Assembly: GCA_002633005.1 (NCBI GenBank)
Contig: NMRA01000155.1
Span: forward strand, 241,844 to 305,843
Direction: 5' to 3'
Length of the DNA stretch: 64,000 nt
Source of the DNA: Phoronis australis
Lineage: Eukaryota; Animalia; Phoronida
In this document: positions 27,701 through 40,664 of the stretch, in pieces
Layout: each line of letters begins with the position of its first letter
Position numbering within the stretch: position 1 is the first letter of the stretch
The notes under the pieces: model-generated
Seen by the model: only the letters and a program-made list of their open reading frames with translations
Told to the model about the DNA's origin: nothing
Database searches by the model: none
Program-made: the position numbers and the translations under genes

Positions 27701-30700
27701 ATCGGAATATCAAATGAGTGCGTTGAATAATGTCTCGTAACATGCCCAACGTGCCCTGAACAGCTTTTGTTATTCGAGCAATTGAGATTAGTTTTCCGCA
27801 GTGAACCCCAAAAAAGTTTAATGAATTCCGCACTGTTTTGTGGTAGTCTTTTATCAATATTGAAGCTGCCGCTCTTAAGTAATACGCGTAAAAGAGTGAC
27901 TTCTGATTAATCCCGACTCAGATTTGGTGGAAATTCAATTGTTAATTATAAATTTAAAATGATTGAACAATATCCACTGCCAGCTACTTACATTGTTTGA
28001 TGTTAAATTTCACTATTTTATTTTAGCATTTTGACACCGGCTAGGATCGAAATTCGCCCGCTTTATCAGCGGCAGCCACTGGCTTAGTTGTGGATTCATC
28101 TTCGCAACCGGAATTGTATGGAACTGGATGTTTTACACATCAACTGATATTTCAAAATGCTTGCATTTTTTCGTAAAGCATTCGTACATCTCAATCCAAC
28201 AACAATAGAAATTTGCCGTCATTATCATACCAGGAAAGGTGTTAAACACTGTTTACCTGTATACCTGTAGGTTTAAGCTTCCCTCCACATTACAGGAGAT
28301 CTGTAGGTCCAGACTTGAACGCCGTCTGGCAGTTATTTCGAAAGTCAGTTATAACATGTGTTTCAAAGAAGAGCGACAATAGATGACCTACAAGATACCT
28401 GCTTGCAGTTTGCTGGTAGCTGAACCCCAAGGCATATTTCAGACAAATTTGTGAATTGCTTCATCTTCGGTTGCATGTAGGCAACACATGGCTGCAGGTT
28501 TGTAATAGAAATACCAATTAATCATTGTCAGTCCGATAAATCAATTTACATTTCCCAAACGATAAACAGTAGATTGCGCTTGTGCAATTCAGGAAACCAC
28601 TTTCCATACGAAGAATACCTGGACATCCCATATGCAGCGCCGCCTGTTGGAGACTTACGATTCCATCCTCCAAGGCCCCATCAAGGTTGGAAAGGCATTC
28701 TAAACAGCACAAGGGAGACAACTGGGGTGAAGATGTGCCCTCAAGCTACCTGGGCAAAGCTTCCGTTTGAGGTCATGGATGAAGACTGCTTAACGTTAGA
28801 CATTTATGTGCCATACGGAGTTTCAAAAGTCAGGTAATTTACGTTCTAGGCCTAGCGTTGTGTGTTATACGTATACCTAGAGATATAACATGAAATGTGT
28901 TAATAATTGACTTGAAAGCTGTTGACGATTAAACCGAGTTTCCAGCCTCCGCAAATCCACCCCCAGAATTTTTTTACTTTGCTTGACTTTTACCGATTGT
29001 TGTTTTCTTGACGATGGTTTCCGGTTGACTCTCAACAATCGGAAACTCATGGGATTCATGTTGGGAACTCTATGTAATCGACCATCCAACTTTTTTGTGT
29101 TGACAAAGAAAGGCAAATTACTTACTCATGCGGGGCTCATTATTTTTGTTATATATGGAGTTTCATGGTTTTGATCAGCCGGCACCAGTTGATCATCAGG
29201 CAAAATGGACTTCCGTAGCACCCCCATTCGTCATTTTTGTGCGCGTCGTTGGGTGCGTATCGTCGTCATCTCTTCCGGGCGTCTGGTGTTCGGCGGCGTC
29301 CACGGCTGTCTCTGTAAACCCCTTAACCCTTGAAGGATCTTCATGGCAGACGTGTTCTTATGAAACTGACAACAGAGGATTGCGGGTTGAACACTTATCC
29401 AACTACTTGCCCTCTAATAGCAATTTTCACATTTGCCTCTGTGTCTTTGGAGTACCTAGGCGGTTCTTCCTGAAATTTAGCAAATAGGCTTCTAATAAGA
29501 ATGCTTTCCCGTCTTGGATCGGATTTGACGTATTTGCGTCTTCTGGTGGCAATTTCAAATTTTTAGTACGGTTTTGACTCTTTCCTCTCTTTCCGTCAAG
29601 CCGCTTAAAAGATCGCTATGAAAAAGTGACAAATGTGTTCCTGATGGTAAGACTGCTGATGACAAAGATTTTCGGATGGGTTCGATTACTCTGGTGACCC
29701 CCAGTGACAATTTTGTTTTTTGTGTGCCTATGGCAGTACCTCATTAATTCTTTGGAGGATCTTTGTGAAATTTGGCAGATGCTCCCATTGAGATCCTAAC
29801 GGATGACGACAAATTCATACTAATTCGACTGCAAGTGTGTTCCCTATTGGCAATTTTATCCATTCCATTTTCGGACGGATTCAATTATTATGCGCCACCT
29901 AGGGGTCATGTTTATGATTCGACTTCGTTTTTAGCTTCCGCCTCTTTATCCGCCAAACTGCTCAAAGGGTGATTATGAGTCGTAGCAGTTGTGATCTTGA
30001 TGACCAGACCATGACTGACGTTCTCCGATATGTCTTACACCTGTGGCAACCCCTATCGGTAATCTTGTATTTTATGGTTGTAGCTTCCGATTCCTTCGCA
30101 GGATGCTTGTGAAATTTTGAGATGCTTTCCTTTAGATGTGACAATTTGGATGGCTCTGACTGCCACTACACTCCCCCCCCCCCGAGTTCTTCGATGATTT
30201 TCTTTTTTCATGAAATTTGGCAAACACGTTCCTATTTCTAATATAAAGTTGTCAGCACCTGTCCAATTTGGGATAGATTCAGGCATTGAAGACGTTAAAA
30301 ATCATCACCCCTAGAAAAAACACAACGATTGCGGCACATTTCATTTCAACGCTCCGCGTTGCTGTTATTGCTTTTGACAAATTATAGCTTCGTCGTTAAT
30401 TTTTATCAAAATTACTTGCCAGGTTTTGGATGGACAGTGACATAGGTGTATGTTGGATACACGTCAGAGACAGCAGATAATCAGATTTAATATTTTAGTG
30501 GTCAGTCTCATAGCATTAATGCAACTAATCAAAATCTCTGCAGGTAAATGGCATTTCAACGCATTGTGTTGCTCTTGCATCAAATTTTTTGGCGGCAATT
30601 TCAGTATCTAGCAGATTTCATTTGCCAATTTCTGAAATTGTTCATGTAGCACTGCACCCCGTAAGGTACGTTTTAAATTCACTTTTGTTGCTCTTTCTAG

Positions 30701-33700
30701 TGAGTGGAATGTTGGCAAAATGAGCACTGTTTAAATCTTTGCCAGTTGTAGTGAATACAGTGGGCTCTGGGGAACGTCTTGTCTATTTAATACCAATGTT
30801 TTACATGGAATGCTTAGACATGCAAAATTTCACTGGTTACCTGATTCTTTAATAGTCGTAGTCAAGTTCTTGGCTAAGACGGTCGTTTCAACGTGATAAA
30901 AAATCAACTGTGTTTTAATTGTAAGGAGTTATTGCAATCCAGGTAAATTCCACCTCAGTTCGATTTTGAGCATATTCTATCGAAGATCGTGCACCCTTTC
31001 TCAGCAATGACATTGGTTGGTTGTGTTTTGTGATAGTGGAACGTTAGTGATTAAATTTGACATTTGTTTCTCTTAACATTAATCGACCACCAAAGTTTGA
31101 AAGGAACGCTTGTTACATGTACTTGCACAAATTTAAATGGATATTCTCTAAATCACGAAGCATGTCTTTCATTTCAACCACTTTCGTATAAATCACGACT
31201 TATATCTCATTAATTTTCTTTTTGGTTGCAGAGTAAATAAATTTCTGAAACTATTTCAAACTGGACAGTATATGAATTTAATTTTAGCTTGTTACTAATG
31301 TATGCACAGGGTCGTCTTTGCTAAAGCCAGCGGTCTATTTCTTTAAAAGAACTTTAAGTCCGAAATTTAATCTCCCGCTCCCAAGGTAAAGTTAGCGCAT
31401 CACAGAAGTAAGAATTAATTAATATAAAATGTCCCAGTAATTAGTAGTAATGACTGTATTCTCAGATATTTTGTTCTTTTCCTGAAGTGGGTTTTGATTA
31501 TCTTTCGGAAATAGTTATGCGGAGCCTAATACCAGATTTTTGACGTAAGCCTTCAGTCAATTTTCACGAAACAGAGAGTCCAGGCATCCTTAATACATAT
31601 ATACAAATGTACATACATACATATATACACACACATATATATATATATAATTTCACCCCTCCCGGCAATAGGTACAGACAGCTACCCGTCATGGTGTTCA
31701 TACATGGAGGAGGTTACACCGTTGGTTCCAAAAACACGTATCTTGGCAATGGCTTGGTCCAGAGAGAGGTTATTTTGGTCGTAATAAACTATCGACTGGG
31801 TCCATTTGGGTTTTTGGCTACTGGTATGTATTGTTCATGGCTGTATTTGTAAGCATATGATTGTCTTTGTTCTGTAAGGTTTCCAGTTACAAGAAATAGA
31901 AAAAGTCAACATTTTTTAAAATTTCTCCTGTCAACTTTGTTACCAAGAGTGACAGCTTTGCGCATGCTTCATTTAGTTCCCATTCACTTGCTTTTAGGGA
32001 GAGTATGAAAATCTGATTAGCCTTTTTAAGCAATCGACTTCAGGTTCCGGTGACTGATTAAATGAAATGAAGATTTCAAAACTTAGTATTTTTATTAGCG
32101 TGTTTGACAATTCGAAGACCGGTCTGTCATACCTGTTTCCCAGATTCCAGTAAACTTATCTCAATTGCGGCAGCTGTACACATGCGTAATTACGTAGAGC
32201 ATCAGTTCAAAAACGAGGCCGTACAAGGTCTTCACAAACATCAGAGAGTAATATTTGTACATCGTTCTGAACACGTATCAACCAATATTATTTCACAGTT
32301 ATATTCCCAACAGGAGACAAGGCTTCGATAGGTAATTACGGTCTAATGGATCAACATGTGGCTCTGAAGTGGGTGAAGGAAAATATTGGGCACTTTGGAG
32401 GTGATACTGATGAAGTTACTATATTTGGAGAATCGGCTGGAGCCGGAAGTGTTATGTTCCAAGTCATTGCACCCATGAATAGAGGACTCTTTAAACGAGC
32501 CATTCTTGAGAGTGGTGGCACCGAATGCCCATGGTCACTCGTCACCAACGAAACAGCCCTTGCAAACACGAAAAAGGTGGCGGCTAAATTGAACTGTTCC
32601 TCAGCAAGCACTCACATGATGGTCAATTGCCTGAAGCGAATTGACGCCATGGATGTAATTATGGTGACTGCGGGAGACTTTCTGAACCCTGTCAATATGA
32701 ACCCTGTCGTAGACGGTCATTTCATTCCAAAATCACCGGAGCAGATGTACAAAGATGGCGTAGCTCGAAATATAACCGTTATGTCGGGACGCACGAGGCA
32801 CGAGGGTTACATGTATATTACTTACCCAGAACAAATACTGCAAGAAACTCGAATGGAGGATAAAAGTCCGTCCTTTGCCAAAGCCTTCGACTTCTATTAC
32901 TCTGATGCCATTAAGGCTGTTAAAAGTGGACTTAAAGACAAGGAGAGCATACTGCAATTTACCGACTTTGTGACAGACTCTCAGTTTTCGCATTGCATTG
33001 AGAAAGACGCCAATCTACATGTTAGGTAAGAAAACGACTATGGTTGTGAAGAGATATCTTAGTAATGACCAACTTAAATGAAAAATTCAATTAGCTGTTA
33101 GCATTTGCAGAGGATTATCATTTATTTATTCCAAAGTGAGATATATAAAAGTAAAGGTTAGCGACAAATCAAAGTGACCGGAAGAGAATATTCTGCAGTA
33201 TGTTCTCAACCAACTTTATTCTGCTCGTCGACAAGTTTGTCCAATAGATACATGCAGATGTTCTTAAAAAGACATTTGAAACTGCGTAGGATGAGTTGAT
33301 ACGGCAGTTTCTGTTCTGGAAATTGAACAGTCCGTAATCTTTCTTTGAAGATGCAGTAAGTAGTGCCGTGACCTGTGGAGTGCGTTCCGCAGACCAAGCT
33401 ATTCTTCCAGAGAGCGAGATGACGCAAGACCGTGCAAAAGTAGACGGGTGGAAAGCAATTCTCTCCCGCACTGAATGTAACATTGTAGCAAAACTAAAAT
33501 TGGTCTGCGATTGTAGAATGTCGAATTATGAGACAAAAATCATGAATTATGGGCTAGAATTCGCTGCCTACCTTCCATAAGCTTAGATTTCTCTCCGCAA
33601 GACAATGCCAGGCATGAGTTTGTTTCAAATTGTTAAATTGGTCGCATCGCTAACACCCGGTTAGTTGTCACGACACTCCTTTCAAACTATTATGGCCTGC

Positions 33701-35379
33701 ACCAGAACGACTTACTTTATTTTAAGAAAGAGATAAGCGATCGGCACTTCAATTTGAAGTCGTAGAAAACTCGTGCCGTTATTTGGAATGTGATAATTGA
33801 AATGAGATGCTTATCGCTGAGCATTGGTATGAAGCATGAAACAATTTGGGTTTTTCCATAACCTCATATTACCTCTCGATGGGTTTCATAGCTGCACATG
33901 TCAATCATACCAGCAAAGGAATTTCTTTCGTCAAAATACTTGTCAGAAACACGGCTTCAGCCTAGCGTGACCCAGCAGCCGTGCGCTACTTCAGTCTTAA
34001 ATTCTCTGTCTGCCTCTTGATGTGCAGTTATCTCTTGTTTAAGCCTGTTGTCACTGGGAGTATCTTAGTTTGCATTCTCCTTTTTTAGAGTTACGAGCAC
34101 TTTAAGGTAGCAAATATAACTGAGGTGTTTCTGATGACGTAATAATGTCTGAACAGATGGGAAGTCAATGCTTTCTCAACGATTTTGAAAATAAGTCAAA
34201 GCCTGTCCAATGTCGATTTCATTCTATATGGCGTACTGGTACTTGATGCCGGAACTTTATTAGGTGGACTTCACATTTATATTGTCTTTTGTTTCAGCAA
34301 CGGAGGCAAATTGTACATGTTCATCTTTAACTTCCATCCTGGTATATCCTTCTTTATAAATTCCACAACCCCGGACTTCATATACGGATCGCATGGTGAC
34401 GAGCTGGCGTACGTGTTCGGCAGCGCGTGCGTAAGCATGCCAGAATTTGAATCAGTGACATCATTTTCCGGAATGACCAAAAGCGATATCACCATGTGCC
34501 ATGCAATGATGGACATGTGGACTAACTTTGCCTACACCGGGTAAGATATCCATAAGATCCGCCATCTGCACAAAAACAGTTTTGGCTTAGGCCACTCACT
34601 ATTATTAAACAGGAGCTCTTTTCACTGAGATAGATTAGAATCTGACAAATGAACAAGTTGAGGCCAGTTTTGCGTTAAGAGTTTTAAATCAAAATTTAAA
34701 GCGGCATTTAACTGTGGATAAATCCACTATCCGTAATCTCGGGTAAGTTACCTTGCAACTGTTCTGAACTGGTGTCTTATTCAAAAATAAGTGGGATAAT
34801 CCAGGTTAACGAGTCTGGTGACAGCGAATAACAAATAACTAGGCGTGTCTTCTTCTTCTCGTCCAAAAACTACTTAAGCAAGCTGAGACATTGCAGTGTT
34901 ATAACGGAAGTCTGATGAAATTGAAGTTAAGTTAGAACTGATGGGGATTTTATAGCAGTTTTAACTTTTCGCCGAAAAATTAAAGCTGTTGACGGTTTCT
35001 CCTTAACTTTGTATTATCTTTCCTTCGTCATCGATTCCTTCAGTTTGCAGGGCGTGTAAAACAAATATCAGCAGTAACATATGCTTGCATTTGAACATTT
35101 CTCATCAATCGTTTATTGTTTGTACGTTTCAGTCATCCTTTTATGGGCAGACGACATTTCAATTTGCATTGGCCTCAGTACAAAATGGATAAACGATACA
35201 TCTTCAATATCAACGAAAATCTGACCATGTCATCTGGCGACGACCTCATAGTTACACCCCATGGCAATCCAGAGCTGTTCCGTCCCAAGAAGATCGAGTT
35301 CTGGAATAAGTTAGCACCGAAACTCAAGAAAATTGACATGCCTATGCCATGCAATGCGACAACTAATGGGATGGCCTAG
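24800..35379 (+). CDS. Secreted tandem two-domain type-B carboxylesterase/cholinesterase-family protein, copy 1 (~1104 aa): catalytically dead N-domain + intact C-domain
   Basis: Exons 24800-26229, 26770-27059, 28593-28833, 31672-31823, 32314-33025, 34298-34540, 35133-35379. All introns are GT-AG and phase-compatible (2,1,2,1,2,2), giving 3315 nt. Signal peptide present. Domain 1: [47 protein letters not shown]. Domain 2: [59 protein letters not shown]. Confidence 0.9.
29233..30365 (+). mobile_element. Helentron-associated non-autonomous element (HINE-like) in intron 3 of esterase copy 1
   Basis: T-rich start, GTC-type simple repeats, recurring ttcatgaaatttgg-type core, and a 3' gcggcacat followed by the stem-loop CAACGC-tcc-GCGTTG (30347-30361). 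Paralogous copy at 51001-52082. Confidence 0.55.
31593..31650 (+). repeat. Compound (TA)/(CA)/(TACA) microsatellite upstream of the exon-4 acceptor
   Basis: Directly visible. Confidence 0.85.
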
Positions 35380-35914
35380 TTAACCGAGGTGGTGTATTAC
35401 TTGCACTGAAGGAACAATCTTTGGCTATGCACCCATGACATATTCGTCTGATAGATATAAATATTCTTTGAAGAAAAAGAATTTTATAAGTGGAATATTT
35501 TCTTCTTTTTGCAATCCACTGAGAAACAAGTAGTAAACTTGTTGAAGATAAGATTTTTAAGAACGCAACATCAAATTTAATTTCATACTAATTTTTTTCC
35601 ATCAACTCATGCTGCGCCATAGGATTTCATTTATATTGTAGATTCGATACTTACGTTATGTATGACCATGTCTTAGTTCATACCATTTTTAATGCTGCAG
35701 ATATTCTAGAATACAGTGGAATGTAACTTTGAACCTGAGTCTTCAATACAAAAGCAGAAAAATCAAATTCAAAATTACATATTTACAAGTTTCAATTTCA
35801 GCGTCAATTCTTTAATGTACATATACAAGCACCTATCGTAACATCTAACTTTTGGTTTGCACCGCTTCATGCCATTAGAATCACCTGTTCTAACAAGTGT
35901 ATCGTTTTCTTCAA

Positions 35915-36642
35915 AGGAGAATGCCACCCGATTTAATTAGTCTTTTATACCCTGTTAATCGGTCTATATCCACATCGCCTCGTTACCTTGCTGAGAGGTG
36001 TCGCTTTAACCTGTAACGAAGGTGAGAAGCGACGTCAGTGCTTAATCTGCAGAGTGAATGCCGCTAAATTGCGGTGCATCGTTCCCGCTTGTCCGAACAC
36101 TGAAGCTGCGAGGAAAGCGGGTATATCGTTTTGTCGACTTCCTCCAGAGCCCGAAATGGTTAAGAATTAGTAGCTTGGGGGTAGTGAAAACTGAATGAAA
36201 AGTATGCTGTGAATAGCAAGTATGAGGCCGTGAAACAGCTCCGTGTCTGTGGCCGGCATTTCGTCGACACTGATTTCCGTCTGACGAATGCCGACTTGTA
36301 TCAAAGAAATATCCATACGTTCCGTTGCCTGTGCATGTTCACGGCGCCTCTTCAGTATTTCTTGATCAGTGTATTCTGCTTCGTCGTATGAGCTCTCGTC
36401 TAACTCGGGATTGCCAGTTGCCACGTTGGCTTACGTTTATTCTTCTGCGTTCTGTTTCATAATGAATTATTCTCACTCGAACCAGTGCTTCTGAAACAAA
36501 TTCTGCCTCATTAGATACAATTTGTAATGCTTTTGGAGTATTCATGAGTGCAAATTTTTGAGAAGCCATCAATGAATAAACCACTGCGTTACCAGATTTA
36601 GATGCAATAAAAGTAATTGACCAGGCACCGCGGCCGTGTGAG
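35915..36642 (+). mobile_element. Truncated Kolobok-like DNA transposon with degenerate THAP domain
   Basis: Starts with AGGAGAATGCCACCCG, the same terminus as the complete element at 52384-53987. Frameshifted THAP-like translation CIVPACPN...SFCRLP...(W)L...LRVCGRHFVDTDF. Confidence 0.75.
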
Positions 36643-36930
36643 TGCAGTACGTTTCGTGTTGATTGGATACGAATAAAGAAACAAAAGTATAACAAAAAAA
36701 ACAAAAAGATTTTCATGGAAAGGAGATTTTTCATTTCACCAAGTAATAAGGATTTTTTGTCTATTCTCTACGCCTGCTTTACTATTGCCGATTAAGTAGT
36801 TGTTCAGGTCATGTGGCTGGTGAACCGTACATGAGTCATGGATCGTCTGATTCTAGACCAGTCTGCGTTCTTTTTAAAAACAAGCTGTCCCATGATACAA
36901 ACCGTAATTTTGTGATGATGAACTTCACAA

Positions 36931-37124
36931 TAGACCTTATTCACGCAGTCACCATTTCAGTAGTGAGCCTCTTTTTAGGCTAAAAAACAATGCATTTGAG
37001 GCATAAATACTAGAAAGGACGCGAAAAAATCACATTTTGCGCTGTGATTAAGCTCTGAATGCATTGTTTTTTATGACCTATAACGAGGCTTACTTTAAAA
37101 TGGCGACTGCGTGTATAAGTTGTA
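36931..37124. mobile_element. Palindromic MITE (~190 bp)
   Basis: ~70-bp imperfect inverted arms: cttattcacgcagtcaccattt...gcctc...aaaaaacaatgcatt versus aatgcattgtttttt...gaggc...aaatggcgactgcgtgtataag. Copy at 60260-60438. Confidence 0.7.
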
Positions 37125-38544
37125 AGCAAGTAAATGGGCTTCTGATTAATTCATATGCTCCAAATTATGACACTTCATGGTTGCTCAAAACAATCGATGA
37201 TATTCCTTAAGTGACAGATATAGTTCATGCGATAATATGTGGGGACCAGCTCAGAAGTTTGAAAAAGATTGGTAAACTATATGCGACTCAACAACCCACA
37301 GGGCGAGGTAATTAAAATAACTTCGCCCCTGGTTTAAATCTCTCCTCTACACTCATTTTAGTATATCCCTGATGTCTCCACCATCCTGCTGAAAAGAATA
37401 CTTTCTGGAAGAAAACTAGTCATGGAGATTCAATAATTCCCTTTAGTATATTGCTAGTGTTAACTTTGTAGAGAAAACCATTATCAGCGTTAATGAGCAA
37501 AATACAACTGTGCTTTGAAACAACGATGATCTATGGCTATTTCAATTTAATTTCGTGTGAAGAAATTGGCCCAACGTTACAAAAATGACTGTTTAGAAAA
37601 CGAATTGTGTTTTCTAGTGAAATTAACTAAAAACAGGCATTGCAAAAATTCCCAAACAAACCTAAAAAGAGTCTGATCTCCAGTTTTGAGATACGATAAT
37701 CCGAAGTTAGCCAAATTTTAGCATGTTGGGGTCCTACACATAACCTTAATGTGAGATTGTTTCACAAACAAATTGATAGACGAACATTTTGGAACACGTA
37801 TGTGTATATTATTATTTTATGATTAACTGTGCTAAATTAAGGAATTCGTTGAGCCTATAAAACGTTGTTAATACTTTCCAATAGAAATCTCTCACAACCG
37901 TATTTTACACGTGTTGGGTGTTCGATAGAGAATGCACTCGAACACAATTACGGAGAGGGTGTAATCGGAAACCTGTTTGTACAATTCCATGGAAGTGTAT
38001 ATTCTGCTTTTTGCCGCTGCCACATTCGATTCCAATAGCAGGAGAACGTTTCTGTCTGTTGAAAGTGATAACGACAGACAACAGAGCCCTCTTCCAACTC
38101 TTGAATTAGCTTTTCAGATGAAAAGGCTGGAGGTCAGTCATCAGCCAAGATAGTCATCAAGTGAATTGCAAAATGGATATTTTTGTGTTTTGATTTTGTG
38201 GTTAGATATAAAACGTTTGGTTAGAAAAGTTAAGTTATTAATAATGAAGCAATTAACGTACCTTTTAATGTCCAAGGTAGTTTAATAACGAACGGAGACT
38301 TTCTTAGCACTTCAGTCTGTTGTAAAACCCTGACAAACATCTGGTTCTTGACTGGTCAATTAGTGATGAGACCGACCGGTTTGTTTAAACCTGTTGAGCT
38401 TCATAATTCAGATGATAAACGCCGGGACAGAAAAGTTACCATTGCCCACTGCACATGTCACTCGTCATTTTTGTTTTATTTTGGTTACAGTGCAACTGGA
38501 CACAGCTGTGCACTATGGCTAAATTATGTTGCTCCAACCATAAC

Positions 38545-38830
38545 TTGATGATAGAGAAAGGTAGACATGCTCTTGTGGACCAAAAATATAGTGTGTGTTG
38601 TTTCTGTGTCACTAATTGAAGATGGATACCATTTCACATATGTTTGTAAAAAGTACTGAAAGAACTACATTTATGGCGCTGGCGTGAACCAAATTAACAT
38701 AAATTTGTAAAGCTAATGGAAATGTCTGAGCCTATTGCTCAGATTAATCTAATGAAGTTTGTATTTCACGCCACTACCCTCAGGGAAACGCTGCTCAGCG
38801 TTATCCTGTAAATTTTATGTAACATGTGGG
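38545..38830 (+). mobile_element. Old LINE 3'-end remnant (C-terminal Cys/His knuckle region)
   Basis: Degenerate translation ...C..C...IEDGYHFTYVCKKY resembles the CxxC...EDExHF..xC..Y tail of non-LTR ORF2 proteins. Copy at ~61845-62120. Confidence 0.45.
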
Positions 38831-40302
38831 CCAAGGCCTTTTAAGAGGAAAACGAAATGCCACTATATCGCCATCTATTTCATTTCAACATTTAATAATG
38901 TTGAATCAATTAGATGATGATATAGTAGCATTTCGTTTTCCTTTATTTCTGTGATGTTCTTTGACGGATTTACATGAAATTCGGTAAATTATATATATTT
39001 GTTTTTGGATAGATTCGGCGTATTTTGCACCATCTCGCATCCAAAGTTTTTATGACACAAATCATAGGCGGACTTATGGGGGGTCAGCCCCCTGGCAGTC
39101 GCAAAAAATAAAACAGCAAGAGCGCCATCGTTTTCGTTTTTTATTCCTACATTTGGTAAAACGTCTGCATACCCAGCAATGAGAGTCCCCTAGATTTTAG
39201 CCTGGACGCACGCAAGCAATCGTACTTTCCGCGATTACCGAAGACGAAATGGTTGGTCCCCCCTTATGATACCCTATATATCCGCCACTGCAAATAAGCA
39301 GTCATGGAAGTACACCATTTGTGGTGCATTCATGGGCGCATTTCAACGTTCCACGTTGCTCTTGTCTTTTATTAGATTGATTTTGGAAAGGGGAGAATTG
39401 CCATCGCGCTTCAACCAATATTTGTCTAGTTTATCCAACTTTATCCCGTCGAGTTGAAGCCCACAGCACAGCAGTAATACTTCGTTGGCATTGGGAGGAC
39501 GAATAGAGTACTGCAGCCGAGAACAACTTGTTAATAATATGGCAACAACAAAGAGAATGCAATATTCCAATGGCGTGTGTGAGGATATAAATAATGCTTG
39601 TGAGATATTGGAACACAGTGAGATTTAAGTGTCGTTGAGTAATATAGAAAGGCCTCATGGTCGGTAAAATATGAGATCTGAGCTCGCGTTATTACAGAAA
39701 AATCCAATCTCTATTCAGATTGTGCTTTTAAGAAGTGTTTTTGAGTGGAGTCATGATATATTGTCGATTTCCACGACATGTTGTTTGACAGTTGCTGGTC
39801 AGCCGACTCGTAGACGAGCCTGTCTCGCCATCTGGTGACTGGCGAAGTGTAATATCTCTTGCACCCAAATGACTTGGAGATAATTATTAAACAATATTGA
39901 AATTACGTTTACGGATGCTTTTAAAAGACTTTGAATATGATTAACAAACTACGAAAGGCCAATTTGGTTTTAGCAAGAGACCATTTTTATTTTCATAAGA
40001 GATTTTTTATCGATTTCTCAATCTGCCTGCCAGCACTCAAAATTTTTTGTATTCGTTTTGTGCGGGACAATTCGATTGTTGATTAGTATCACACATCAAT
40101 ATACACGATTGTACTTTTGTTTAAGTACCCAAGGCATGTCATTTATCAGTTCAATAAGTACACATCGTGAGTTGACTTGAAGTGGCCATGGTTATTGTTT
40201 AAAAGCTCGTGCAACATTATACTGTCGCTTTTACAGGTAAAAAGGCGTTGTGGTGTGTACAAACATTTTTGTTGACTCAGTAAGCGCCTACCACGAAGAG
40301 CA

Positions 40303-40664
40303 ATGCTTGTATCTTGTTTTTTTTTGTCATCGCGATAGTTATGTGTTCGTGCCAAGGCAACGTCATGAAGGTAGAACATCTCAGAAAACTTCACGGTTCC
40401 GATAACTTAGGAAAGGTTCAGGTGTTCCGCACTTATTCAGTTACGACGTTATCAGAATGTGCGCAAGGCTGTATATCTGAAGATTGTAAGTCGTTCAATT
40501 ATGATGGCCATGAAAAGATTTGCGAGCTATGCTCATCAGTAGCCAATTCGACGTCACAGTTGTCTCGGCGCAACGGTTTTAGTCATTGGCGAGTTGCTGC
40601 GGTTAATGAAGGGTTGGCCGAAGAATCAGATTTCGCGTATTTCAAATTGTATTTAAAGGAATGA
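40303..40664 (+). pseudogene. PAN/apple protein copy 2: mucin tail deleted, signal-peptide region frameshifted in a T run
   Basis: The ATG at 40303 is out of frame with the PAN domain because the T run has 9 T rather than the 7 T in copies 1 and 4. After EESD the sequence jumps to what is 3'-flank sequence in copy 1. Confidence 0.65.

Noticed and set aside
28035-28090. tRNA/SINE-like sequence with a B-box-like ttcgatcc on the minus strand
   Set aside because: I could not build a cloverleaf or find an A box. At most it is a decayed SINE head.
29715-29890. Possible second THAP-like remnant (…W…F.P…VCS…HF) inside the HINE-like element
   Set aside because: It needs several frameshifts and an insertion, so it cannot be supported by eye.
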